From: an uncultured Rivularia sp.
GTDB lineage: Bacteria > Cyanobacteriota > Cyanobacteriia > Cyanobacteriales > Nostocaceae
Length of the DNA: 64,000 bases
Direction: 5' to 3'
Assembly (NCBI GenBank): GCA_963665115.1
Contig: OY762007.1
Coordinates: forward strand, 6,368,001-6,432,000
The translations under genes and the position numbers were made by a program. Shown here piece after piece: positions 43,801 to 53,362 of the stretch (position 1 is its first letter; every line of letters begins with the position of its first letter). The notes beneath the pieces were generated by a model. That model did not search any database, was not told the DNA's origin, and saw nothing but the letters and a program-made list of their open reading frames with translations.

Positions 43801-45619
43801 TGCTGGTGGTGTCGGACAAGCAGCGATTCAAATAGCGCAACAAGCTGGTGCTGAAGTCTTTACAACAGCAAGTCCTGGTAAATGGGAAGTTTTAAAATCA
43901 ATGGGAATTGAGCGTAAAAACATCTTCAATTCCCGTACCCTTGATTTTGCAGAGGAAATAATTAAACTAACCCAGGGTGAAGGGGTAGATATTGTTCTCA
44001 ATTCCTTGTCTGGAGATTTTATTACTCAAAGTTTTTCTCTACTCAAAGACAACGGAAGATTTATAGAGTTGGGTAAAACACAAGATTGGAATTTCACTAA
44101 ATCTCAACTAAAACCAAATGCAGCTTATTTCCCAGTTGATTTAGTAGACTTGTGTCGTCAACAACCCGATTTAATTCAAACCATGCTACGAGATTTGATA
44201 TCTCAATTTGCAGCAAATAAACTCAAACCCCTTCCTTACACTGTTTTCCCATTTGAACAAACCGTCGATGCTTTCCGCTATATGCAGCAGTCTAAGCATA
44301 TTGGTAAAGTTGTAGTTTCTCAAACCTCAGCCCTACAAACCTCACCCCCAACCCCTCTCCTTATTAAGGAGAGGGGAGATGAAGCGCAGCTTTATCGGGG
44401 TGAGGTTGCGACTGCTCCCTCTATCAAAAAAGATGGTACATACCTCATCACAGGTGGACTCGGTGGATTGGGTTTATTAATTGCTGAGTGGTTAGTTAAA
44501 GAAGGTGCGAGAAATTTAGTTTTAGTCAGTCGTCGTGATGTTGATGCAGAAGCTAAACAACGAATTCAAGCTTTAGAAAACTCTAGCGCTAGAGTAATGG
44601 TTGCTCAAGTTGACGTTACTGATAAATCCCAACTCGCGGAATTAATATCAACAATTAAATATTCTACCCCCTCTACCCCCTCTACCCCCTCTCCCCCCTC
44701 TCCCCCTCCCATAAGGGGAATAATCCACGCTGCTGGTGTATTAGACGATGGTGTTTTACAAAATATGAGTTGGGAGCAATTTACTAATGTTGTTCATCCC
44801 AAGGTTCTCGGTGCTTGGAATCTCCACGATTTAACTCAAGATTGTCCTTTGGATTTCTTTGTATTATTCTCTTCAGCTACAGCTTTACTTGGTTCTCCCG
44901 GACAGAGCAATCACGTAGCTGCAAATGTATTTTTAGATTCCTTAGCTCATTATCGTCAAAATATTGGTAAACCGGGATTGAGTATTAATTGGGGAATTTG
45001 GTCGGATGTGGGTTCGGCTGCTAAACGCAATGCTGACAAAGAAATGCAGCTTAAAGGAATAAATGCGATCGCACCGCAAGATGGTATAGATTTATTTGCA
45101 AAAATATTGTGGTCTGATGCTCCTCAAATTGGTGTTTTACCAATTAATTGGTCGCAGTTTTTACAACAAATTAATTCATCATTTTTCGCTGATTTTATAT
45201 CGTCAAATGTAGAAACGCAATATATAACGTCTCTACAAAATGCAAAACCATCAGAACGTCGTCATCTTTTAGAAACACATTTACGAACTCAAATTTCCCA
45301 AATTCTTGGTTTTCAAGCAGATGAAATTGATGCAGAAGCAGGATTTTTTGATTTGGGAATGGATTCTTTAACTTCAGTAGAATTGAAAAATCGGTTACAA
45401 AAAAGTTTAGGAATTTCTCTCAGTTCAACTATTATCTTTGATAGACCAAATTTAAATACATTAGTAGATTATCTCCTTGAAGAAATGGGTTTGGAAAATA
45501 ACGAGGTGGAACAAAAGCCAGTTGAATTAGAAACAGAATCAACAGAATTTTCTGAAGATGACATTGCTGATTTACTGGTTCAAGAATTAATGGAAATTGA
45601 GCGAGGTAAAAAATCATGA
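37880..45619 (+). CDS. Type I PKS module 1: KS-AT(degenerate)-DH-cMT-ER-KR-ACP
   Basis: KS DTTCSSS/HGTGT/NIGH; AT GDGVG instead of GHSxG and no HAFH; DH HQVFDTVIMP and HPILLD; MT LEIGAGTGG; ER LIHSGAGGVG; KR TGGLGGLG and LDD; ACP GMDSL. ATGA overlap with the upstream gene. Confidence 0.92.
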   Translation: MSQNDAKIDYRSLLQDALTEMRSLRGKLEAEKQAKTEPIAIIGMDCRFPGGANSPEAYWKLLREGIDAISEVPRERWLIDDYYDSDPDVPGKMYTRYGGFIDNVDKFDPQFFGISPREATQMDPQQRLLLEVSYTALERSGQSVQELNGSHTGVFVGISFDDYAKFSLNSGDVNRIDAYSSLGNTRSIAVGRLSYALGLQGPTMQLDTTCSSSLLATHLACQSLRSGESNLALAGGVSLMLSPEATIGFCKLKALAPDGRCKTFDANANGYVRGEGCGIIVLKRLSDAISNKDNILAVIKGSAVNHDGQSNGLTAPNGSAQENVIRQAIKNAQVKPLQIQYVETHGTGTSLGDPIETLALGKILGEGRSEDNPLTIGSVKTNIGHLEAAAGVASIIKVTLALGNKQIPPHLHFQKPNPHIPWSRLPINVPTELTPWNVGSEEKRLAGISSFGMSGTNAHVVIEDVETLYITSPQQSEHTTERPLHLLTLSAKTEQALSELVTNYQEYLTNNSDVNFADICFSANIGRSHFQHRLSIVAESTFEAIEELSNYQETSPRAYAHPSPYQGEGKISTGFEHPSPYQGEGMGVRLFQGVTSTNKRPKIAFLFTGEASQYINMGWELYQTQPTFKQALNECNKILKSLFNLDLLTLIYSSKGTGNGEQEIGNHSNPMPKTAIFAIQYALYKLWKSWGVNPSVLIGDGVGEYVAATVAGVFCLEDALNLVVNLAKTEFDKVANSIKYSSPQIEIISGINGKLINSEITNSQYWCSKISLAASFEKIIDKLKEINCDICLEIALESANLLSNEILFLPSFGEESNNHQDWQVMLSSLAQMYVNGVNINWRGFEQDYSRNCVLLPTYPFQRQRYWIEAPNVKNFHNINSESLHPLLGQRIDIANLETIHFENLINQDNPAYLQHHQVFDTVIMPFSGFVEMVLAAASNLYETKAEIKNLLLTDVEIHQALILEKSSTTVQLILTPISTSTNKEYKFEIFSLAVGWVERSETQQSRRYETQNQTWILHTSGKVNQEAEPQQPRYQAEPSNEKFTHEIDVDNFYQSCQEQGINYGKSFNAINQLWNDEKIALGKVCLSQEFISSTAYQLHPILLDASLQVVGSVLADNQTYLPIGIKSFTFSGTTSNILWSYVELDKNQNHNNNSSVMMADVKIVEPDGRLVAQVEGLKLKSVDSQFVFNQINKKQSFEDWLYKIEWREQAIIPNSYSSSDYLLSPQLIYEQLIPALPKLVDKPEIEIYRQLLPKLESLSIAYVLKAFNDLGWKFIVDESFSTVEVVEKLKIVSQHKRLLERLLEMLVEVGVLKKEEDLINRRGAEGAEEEVVEEWRVVGERICDADDEYQQLLEKYSVSKSELSLLHRCGLSLASVLRGEVDGVQLLFPEGDLSTATNLYQDSPGAKLMNSLVEQVVSTSIAQKSSARVLRILEIGAGTGGTTAYLLPSLDASSTEYTFSDVSPLFTTKARERFGEYDFVNYELLDIEQTVGDELKNSFDIIIAANVLHATQDMRETLGNVNELLAPNGLLVLLEGTRRLRWVDLIFGLTEGWWRFTDTDLRENYPLLSVGKWEEVLLHGGFEEVLPIAPELDEEDLFSQQAVIVSRKTSPPAPLLVKERGDWLIFGDRRFNIGKELAQQLQNQGERCILVYSGTVKEQLNEQEFSINPRNSQNFSQLIENLSNYQSSFKGVVYLWGLDATPVENLNSEVLEVDLENYCGSALYLIQALLKVNISNTPIYLVTQNSQPIGNNTISGFSQSLLWGIGKVAALETDFNYKNIDLDAQTNLTAQIQTLLTELLWSDEETQVAFRGDKRYVARLARYQNLVQKQPLQLTISERGTLENLEFQPLVRKKPADNEVEIHVKATGVNFRDILNTLGLYPGDAGALGCECVGEIVALGNQVENLKVGDTVIAIASGSFSEYVTVNAAMVVVKPEKLTIEETATIGVTFLTAHYGLHHLAKISPGDKVLIHSGAGGVGQAAIQIAQQAGAEVFTTASPGKWEVLKSMGIERKNIFNSRTLDFAEEIIKLTQGEGVDIVLNSLSGDFITQSFSLLKDNGRFIELGKTQDWNFTKSQLKPNAAYFPVDLVDLCRQQPDLIQTMLRDLISQFAANKLKPLPYTVFPFEQTVDAFRYMQQSKHIGKVVVSQTSALQTSPPTPLLIKERGDEAQLYRGEVATAPSIKKDGTYLITGGLGGLGLLIAEWLVKEGARNLVLVSRRDVDAEAKQRIQALENSSARVMVAQVDVTDKSQLAELISTIKYSTPSTPSTPSPPSPPPIRGIIHAAGVLDDGVLQNMSWEQFTNVVHPKVLGAWNLHDLTQDCPLDFFVLFSSATALLGSPGQSNHVAANVFLDSLAHYRQNIGKPGLSINWGIWSDVGSAAKRNADKEMQLKGINAIAPQDGIDLFAKILWSDAPQIGVLPINWSQFLQQINSSFFADFISSNVETQYITSLQNAKPSERRHLLETHLRTQISQILGFQADEIDAEAGFFDLGMDSLTSVELKNRLQKSLGISLSSTIIFDRPNLNTLVDYLLEEMGLENNEVEQKPVELETESTEFSEDDIADLLVQELMEIERGKKS

Positions 45620-48600
45620 ATCAGCAGCAACCAAGAGATTATCGCTCTCTCATGCAGAAAGCTTTGCACGAACTAAAAGAAATGCGTGCAAAATTACAAA
45701 CATTAGAAACAGCAAAAACCGAACCAATTGCGATTATTGGAATGGGATGTCGTTTTCCTGGTGCTGATAATCCCCAAGCTTTTTGGGAACTTTTATCTAA
45801 TGGGATTGATGCTATTTCTGAAGTTCCTTCTGATAGATGGGATATCAACGCTTATTTTGATAATAATCCTGAAACACCAGGAAAAATAAATACTCGCTAC
45901 GGTGGATTTGTTAAGCAACTGTATGAATTTGATGCTGCATTTTTTGGTATTTCTCCCCGTGAAGCTGTTTCTTTAGATCCCCAGCAGCGATTGTTGATGG
46001 AAGTTAGTTGGGAAGCTTTGGAAAATGCGGGTATTATTCCTACAATACAAGGAAGTAAAACTGGTGTATTTGTCGGTATTAGCAGTAATGATTATTCTCA
46101 ACAGTTACTTACCAGGGAAGTAACCGATATTGATGCTTATTTAGCAACGGGTAATTCTCACAGTACCGCAGCTGGACGTTTATCATATACTTTGGGTTTA
46201 ACTGGACCAAGTATAGCAGTAGATACAGCTTGTTCTTCATCCTTGGTTGCAGTTCACCTTGCTTGTCAAAGCTTACGGAATCAAGAGTGTGATTCAGCAC
46301 TTGTGGGGGGAGTAAATCGACTGATATCGCCAGAATTCAGCATCAACTTTTCCAAAGCTCGAATGTTAGCTGCTGACGGACGTTGTAAAACCTTTGATGC
46401 AGCCGCAGACGGATTTGTACGAGGAGAAGGATGCGGAATTATTATACTCAAACGACTTTCGGATGCAATTGCAGATGGAAACTCAATTTTGGCGTTGATT
46501 CGAGGTTCAGCAGTTAATCAAGATGGTCGTAGTAGTGGATTAACTGTTCCTAATGGTCCTTCACAACAAGCGGTGATTTCCCAAGCTTTAGAAAACAGTC
46601 AAATCAAACCATCGCAGATTGATTATATAGAAGCTCACGGTACCGGAACAAGTTTAGGCGACCCAATCGAAATTAATGCATTAGGTTCCGTTTTCGGAAA
46701 ATACTATAGTGCAGATAATCCTCTAAAAATTGGTTCGGTTAAAACTAACATTGGTCATTTAGAAGCAGCAGCAGGAATCGCAGGAATAATTAAATTAGTA
46801 CTATCGCTTCAAAATCAACAAATTCCCCCTCACCTACATTTTCAACAACCAAATCCTTATATACCTTGGAAAGAATTGCCAATTGAGGTGACAACAGAAA
46901 CTACACCTTGGTTAATTTCTGATAGTCCACGATTTGCAGGTATGAGTTCCTTTGGTTTTAGCGGTACAAATGCTCATCTGATATTACAAGATGTAGAGAC
47001 GTTATACATAACGTCTCACCAGGAATTAGAAAACACAACAGAACGTCCACTACATTTACTGACATTATCAGCAAAGACAGAACAAGGATTATCAGAGCTT
47101 GTAAAGAATTACCAAGAATACTTGACAAAAAATAGTGATGTTAAATTTGCAGATATTTGTTTTAGTGCAAATACAGGGCGATCGCACTTTCAAAATCGCT
47201 TAGTTGTTATTGCTAAGTCTTATGAGGATGTACTTCAACAACTAGTAAATAACGAAAATCCGGAGACGTTATGTATAACGTCTCTACACAATGGTTCTGT
47301 TTTTACTGGAACAACATCTAATAAACGTCCTAAAATCGCTTTTTTATTCACTGGTGGAGATAGTGAATATATAAAAATGGGTTTACAACTATATCAAACT
47401 CAACCCACTTTTAAAAAAGCATTAGATGAATGCAATGAAATAATAAAACAATTAATTAACTTAGATTTAATAGCTCTTATTTATTCTCCCCCCTCTACCC
47501 CCTCTACCCCCTCTACCCCCTCTACCCCCTCCCTCAATACCGCTTACTTCGCCATAAAATACGCTTTATACAAACTCTGGAAATCTTGGGGAATACATCC
47601 AGATATCGTAATTGCAGATGGTATTGGTGAATATGTTGCTGCTACGGTTGCAGGAGTTTTTAGTTTAGAAGATGGATTGAAATTAGTTGAAAATATTGAT
47701 AAACCGGATTTTGAAAAAGTTGCTAATTCAATTAAATATTCATCACCACAAATTGAAATATTTTCTGGTATTAGCGAAAAATTAATTGATTCAGAAATTG
47801 TAAATCATAAATATTGGTGTAAGAAGACTTGGCAATCAGTTAGCTTTGATAAAATTATTGATAATCTCAAGCAAAATAATTGTGAGATTTGTTTAGAAAT
47901 AGGTGGTAAATCCGCCAAATCTACATCAACAGAAATATTATTATTGCCAAGTTTGGCATCAGAAGAAAATAATAATAATTGGCAGGTAATGCTATCAAGT
48001 TTGGCTCAAATGTATGTTAATGGAGTCAATATTGATTGGCAAGGATTTGAGCAAGATTATCGTAGAAATCGCGTTTTATTACCAACTTATCCATTTCAGC
48101 GACAGCTATATTATGCTGATGTAACTCCTAAATTAACTAAAACTATTCATCAAAAAAATATTTTACATCCACTATTAGGCGAAAAACTGGATTTATCCCG
48201 CTCAAATAAAATTTATTTTCAACATTCTATTAATTCAAATAATCCCGCTTATCTACAACAGCATCTAGTTTTTGATAAAGTTATTCTTCCCGGTGCTGGT
48301 TATATCGAAATGGCTTTAGCCGCAGGAAGTATTTTGTTTAATACAGATAATTTAATTTTAGAAAACCTGGAAATTCTCCAACCTTTAATATTATCTGATG
48401 ATGCAAATACAACTATTCAAGTTGTTTTAGAATCTCAGCAAGAAGAATATAACTTTGAAATTTTAAGTCTGCTGACAAAAGAAGAAAAATGGATATTACA
48501 CGCGAAAGGGAAAATCAAAAAATGTAGAGACGTGATACATCACGTCTCCCAAATGCACGAGAAAAACGAGATAAATCCCGTCTCCCAGATGTATAAGAAA

Positions 48601-51600
48601 AACGACATAAATCCCATATCTACATCAAAATACTATCAAGAATTCCAAAAACGCGGTATTAAATACGGAGAAAGTTTTCAAGCTATAACCGAATTATTTG
48701 GTAGCGAAAATCAAGCTTTAGGAAAGATTAAATTACCAGCTTCCTTAACAAATAATGGTTATAAACTCCATCCAGTAATGTTAGATGCTGCTTTTCAGGT
48801 GATTGGAGCGGCTTTAAATTGGGAAGAGTTTACGGATATTTATTTACCAGTTGGTTTTGAGAGTTTAACTCACTATGGTAATGTAAATGATTCTTTCTGG
48901 AGTTCGGTAAAAATTCATCCTCAGCAAAAGCAATTCCCTCAATTATTGATAGCGGATGTAGAATTAATTGCTGACGATGGAAAAATTTTAGTTAATATAT
49001 CTGGCTTACAACTGAGAAAAACGAATCCTCAAGCTGTTTTTGAAAGAAATGAAAATCAATCAAAATCAAAATTCTTTGAAGATTGGCTTTATGAAGTAGA
49101 ATGGCGCAATAAAGGAGATATTGAAAAAGTTTATCCCGATTATTTCCCAATTCCTTCAGCAGTACGAGATAATTTACTGACAAATTTAGAAAAATCACTA
49201 GCACAACCGGAATTACAAGTTTATCAACAAGTTTTAGTACAGCTTGAAGAATTGAGTATTGCTTATGTATTAAATGCTTTTGATTCTTTGAATTTACAAC
49301 TTATTCCTAATCAAACTTTTTCAACATCTGAATTAATTCAAAGTCTGGAAATAGTACCATCACATCAGCAATTATTTCAACGTCTTTTAGAAATGCTGGT
49401 GGAATCGGGTTATCTACAGCAACAGCAAGAAAAATTTAAAGTCGTTAAACAACCCCAAATATTAAACCCTGAAATTGAATATCAAAAATTATTAGCTCAA
49501 TATCCTAACGCAAACGCTGAATTAACATTATTACATCGTTGTGGAATTAATTTAGCTGAAGTATTACAGGGTAAAGTTGATTCTTTACAATTACTTTTCC
49601 CTCAAGGAGATTTAACTACTGCTACTCAACTTTATCAAGATTCACCTGGTGCTAAATTAATGAATTCTTTGGTAAAGCAGGTTGTACGGTCGTTATTAAC
49701 AAATAAACCTGAAAATAGAAAATTAAAAATATTAGAAATTGGTGCTGGTACTGGAGGAACCACTTCTTATTTACTGCCAATTTTAGATTCTAATATTACT
49801 GAATATACTTTTAGTGATGTTTCACCGTTATTCCTTCATAAAGCAAAGCAGAAGTTTTCTAAATATGATTTTGTCGATTATCAAACTTTAGATATTGAAA
49901 AATCTCCTGTTAGTCAAGGTTGGGAATTACAGCAGTATGACATTATTATTGCAGCGAATGTTTTACACGCGACTTGTGATTTAGAACAAACTTTGACTCA
50001 CGTACAGCAGTTGTTAGCACCGAAGGGACAACTTGTATTGCTCGAAGGTACTCAACCACAGCGATGGTTGGATTTGATTTTTGGTTTGACTGAGGGTTGG
50101 TGGAGGTTTACGGATACTGATTTACGTTCGGATTATCCTTTAATTTCTTTTGAAAAATGGCGATCGCTTTTATTGAAGTGTGGGTTTGAATCAGTTGCGG
50201 GGTTTGATACGCAACCGCAAGGGGTGGTTTTGGCGCGGAAGACTCGGAATTTAATAAACCGCAGAGACGCAAAGAGCGCTGAGGGAAGAGGTGGAGAGAG
50301 ATGGTTGATTTTTGCTGATAGTCACGGTTTGGGTGAGGAGTTAGCTCGACGGTTAGGAAGTAATTGTGTTTTGGTTTTTGCAGGAATTAATTATCAGCAG
50401 TTAGATGAATACCGTTATCAAGTTAATCCTTTAGTTAAAAATGATTTTGAGCGGTTGTTGGAAGGTGTAAGGGAAAATGCTGCTGTAGAAATTGTGCATT
50501 TATGGAGTTTGGATATTCCTACAATTTCGGAAATGACTGACGAGCAGGTACAGTTATCTTCGCAGTTGGGTTGTGCTAGTGTTTTACATTTGGTGCAATC
50601 TATTGATAGTAATCAGTCTTTGTGGTTGGTGACTCAAGGTGCGATTAATGTCGGAGATGATCAAGCTGGTGGTGTTATTCAATCTCCTTTGTGGGGTTTG
50701 GGAAAGGTTATTGGTTTGGAGTATCCGGGTGTTGGTGGTTTCTGTATCGATTTAGATCCAACTATTCCGATAGCGGAAACAGTCATCGGGTTTGATTTCG
50801 GAAATTTTATCTAAGAGTAAGGAAGAGCAAGTTGCTTTTCGTCAAAATCAGCGTTTTGTTCCCAGGTTGGTAAGATCCCCCCAACCCCCCTTCTTAAGGG
50901 GGGCTAATCAACTCTCTTTTTCAAACGAAGCTTCTCAATCCTCTTCAGACAGAGCTTCTCAACTCGCCTTCTCAAATGGGGCTTCTCAACCCCCCTTAAG
51001 AAGGGGGGCTAGGGGGGATCTTCAACTGGGAATATCCAAACGCGGAACTTTAGAAAATCTGGAATTACAACCTCTTTCACGAAGAAAACCCCAAGAAAAC
51101 GAAGTAGAAATTCAAGTACAAGCAACGGGTTTGAATTTTATTGATGTGCTTGATGCTTTGGGTTTATTACCTTTTGAACGTAATTGGTTTGGGGTGGAAT
51201 GTGCTGGTGAAGTTGTTGGTGTGGGAGATGAGGTAAAAGATTTTAAACCGGGCGATCGCATAATTGCTTTAGCACCAGGTAGTTTTAGTCAGTTTGTCAC
51301 AACTGATGCGAGGATGGTTATTCTCAAACCTGAAAATCTCAGCTTTGAGGAAGCAGCTACTATTCCCGCGAATTTTTTGACTGCTTATTACGCTTTAAAT
51401 AAAATAGCCAAAATTTCCATCGGAAAGCGGGTTTTAATTCATTCTGCTGCTGGGGGAACTGGAATGGCTGCGGTGAAAATCGCACAACAAGCGGGTGCGG
51501 AAGTATTTGCAACTGCGAGTCTTCCGAAATGGGAGAAGCTTGAAGCAATGGGAATTAAACGTGAAAATATTTTTAATTCCCGCACTTTGGACTTTGCTGA

Positions 51601-53362
51601 AGAAACTATTGCGATAACGCAAGGGAAAGGAGTAGACATTGTTCTTAATTCCTTATCTGGTGATTTTATCGATAAAAGTTTTTCTGTATTGAAAGCAGAT
51701 GGCTGTTTTCTCGAAATTGGAAAGCGGGATGTCTGGAGTTTAGAACAGGTAAAACAAGTTAAGCCAAATGCACAATATTCTTTAATTGATTTGATGAGTG
51801 TGGCTCAACATCAGCCAGATTTGATTCAATCAATGTTGCAAGATTTGATGCAGCTATTTGGAAATGAACAGCTTCAACCCTTACCACGTCAAGTTTTTTC
51901 GATTCAAAATGTAATATCGGCTTTCCGTCATATGCAGCAAGCGAAGCATATTGGGAAAGTTGTGGTTTCAACCTCACCCCCAACCCCTCTCCTTATTAAG
52001 GAGAGTGGAGATGAAAATGCAACAGTTCCAACCCCTCTCCTTGACAAGGAGAGGGGAGATGAAGCGCAGCTTTATCGGGGTGAGGTTATTAATTTTGAAG
52101 AAAACGCTACCTATCTCATAACAGGTGGATTGGGAGACTTAGGTTTATTATTCGCTGAATGGTTAATACAAAAAGGTGCGAAAAATCTAGTTTTAGTCAG
52201 TCGTCGTGATGTTGATGCAGAAATTCAAAAGCGGATTCAAGCTTTAGAAAACTCTAGTGCTAGAGTAATGGTTGCTCAAGTTGATGTCACCAATAAATCC
52301 CAACTTGCTCAATTAATCTCAAACATCAAATCTTCTACCCCCTCTTCCCCCTCTCCCCCCTCTCTACCACCTTTACGGGGAATAATCCACGCTGCTGGTG
52401 TATTAGATGATGGAGTATTACAACATTTAACTTGGGAAAGATTTACCACCGTACTAAATCCCAAAATGCTGGGAGCTTGGAATTTACACGTTTTAACCCA
52501 AGATTTACCGCTAGACTTTTTTATTATGTTCTCTTCTGCTGCTTCTTTGTTTGGTTCCCCTGGGCAAGGTAATCATGTTGCAGCAAATACCTTTTTAGAT
52601 AGTTTAGCCAAGTATCGTCAATCGCGAAGATTGCCCGGATTAAGCATTAATTGGGGTGTTTGGTCGGAAATTGGAGCCGCAGCAAAACGTGGTGTCAGCG
52701 AACAGATGCAGTCACGTGGGGTAGGTGAAATTACTAACGAGCAAGGATTGAAAATCTTTGAAAAATTACTTGCTCAATCTTCTGCTCAGATTGGAGTAAT
52801 ACCAGTTGATTGGGACAAGTTTTTACAACAAAATATTTCATCACCATTTTTTACAGACTTTCTTAACTCAAATTCAAATTCACAATTACTTAAGCAAGAC
52901 TCTCAATTATTACAAAAATTAGAAAGAGCAAATATTGAACAACGTTCTTCTATCGTCATGGGACATCTGCAAGCTGAAGTCGCTAAAGTTCTCGGACTTC
53001 CTTCCAATCAATTACCCGGTTTACAACAAGGCTTTTTTGATTTGGGTATGGATTCTTTAATGACTGTGGAATTAAGAAACCGTTTAGAAACTAGTTTGGG
53101 AATTTCTATCTCTTCCACCGTGATTTTTGAATATCCAACTATTGCTGATTTGGCTGAGTATTTAGTTGGGGAAGTGTTTGGAGGAAGGGAGGAATATGTT
53201 TTTAACGCAGAGGAGCGCGAAGGTAAACGCAAAGGAGCGCAGAGTTTTTCGGTTGATAGTGGAAATGATATTAATTTTTCTGTTCCCTCTGAGGAGGAAG
53301 ATGAGGTGATATCAGAATTACTAGCGCTAGAGAAAATACTGGGGAAAAATCAAGATGACTAA
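45616..53362 (+). CDS. Type I PKS module 2: KS-AT(degenerate)-DH-cMT-ER-KR-ACP; +1 frameshift at 50788-50793
   Basis: ORFs 45616..50814 and 50792..53362 join as ...ETVIGLISEILSKSKEEQVAFR. Same architecture as module 1; AT ADGIG. Confidence 0.9.
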
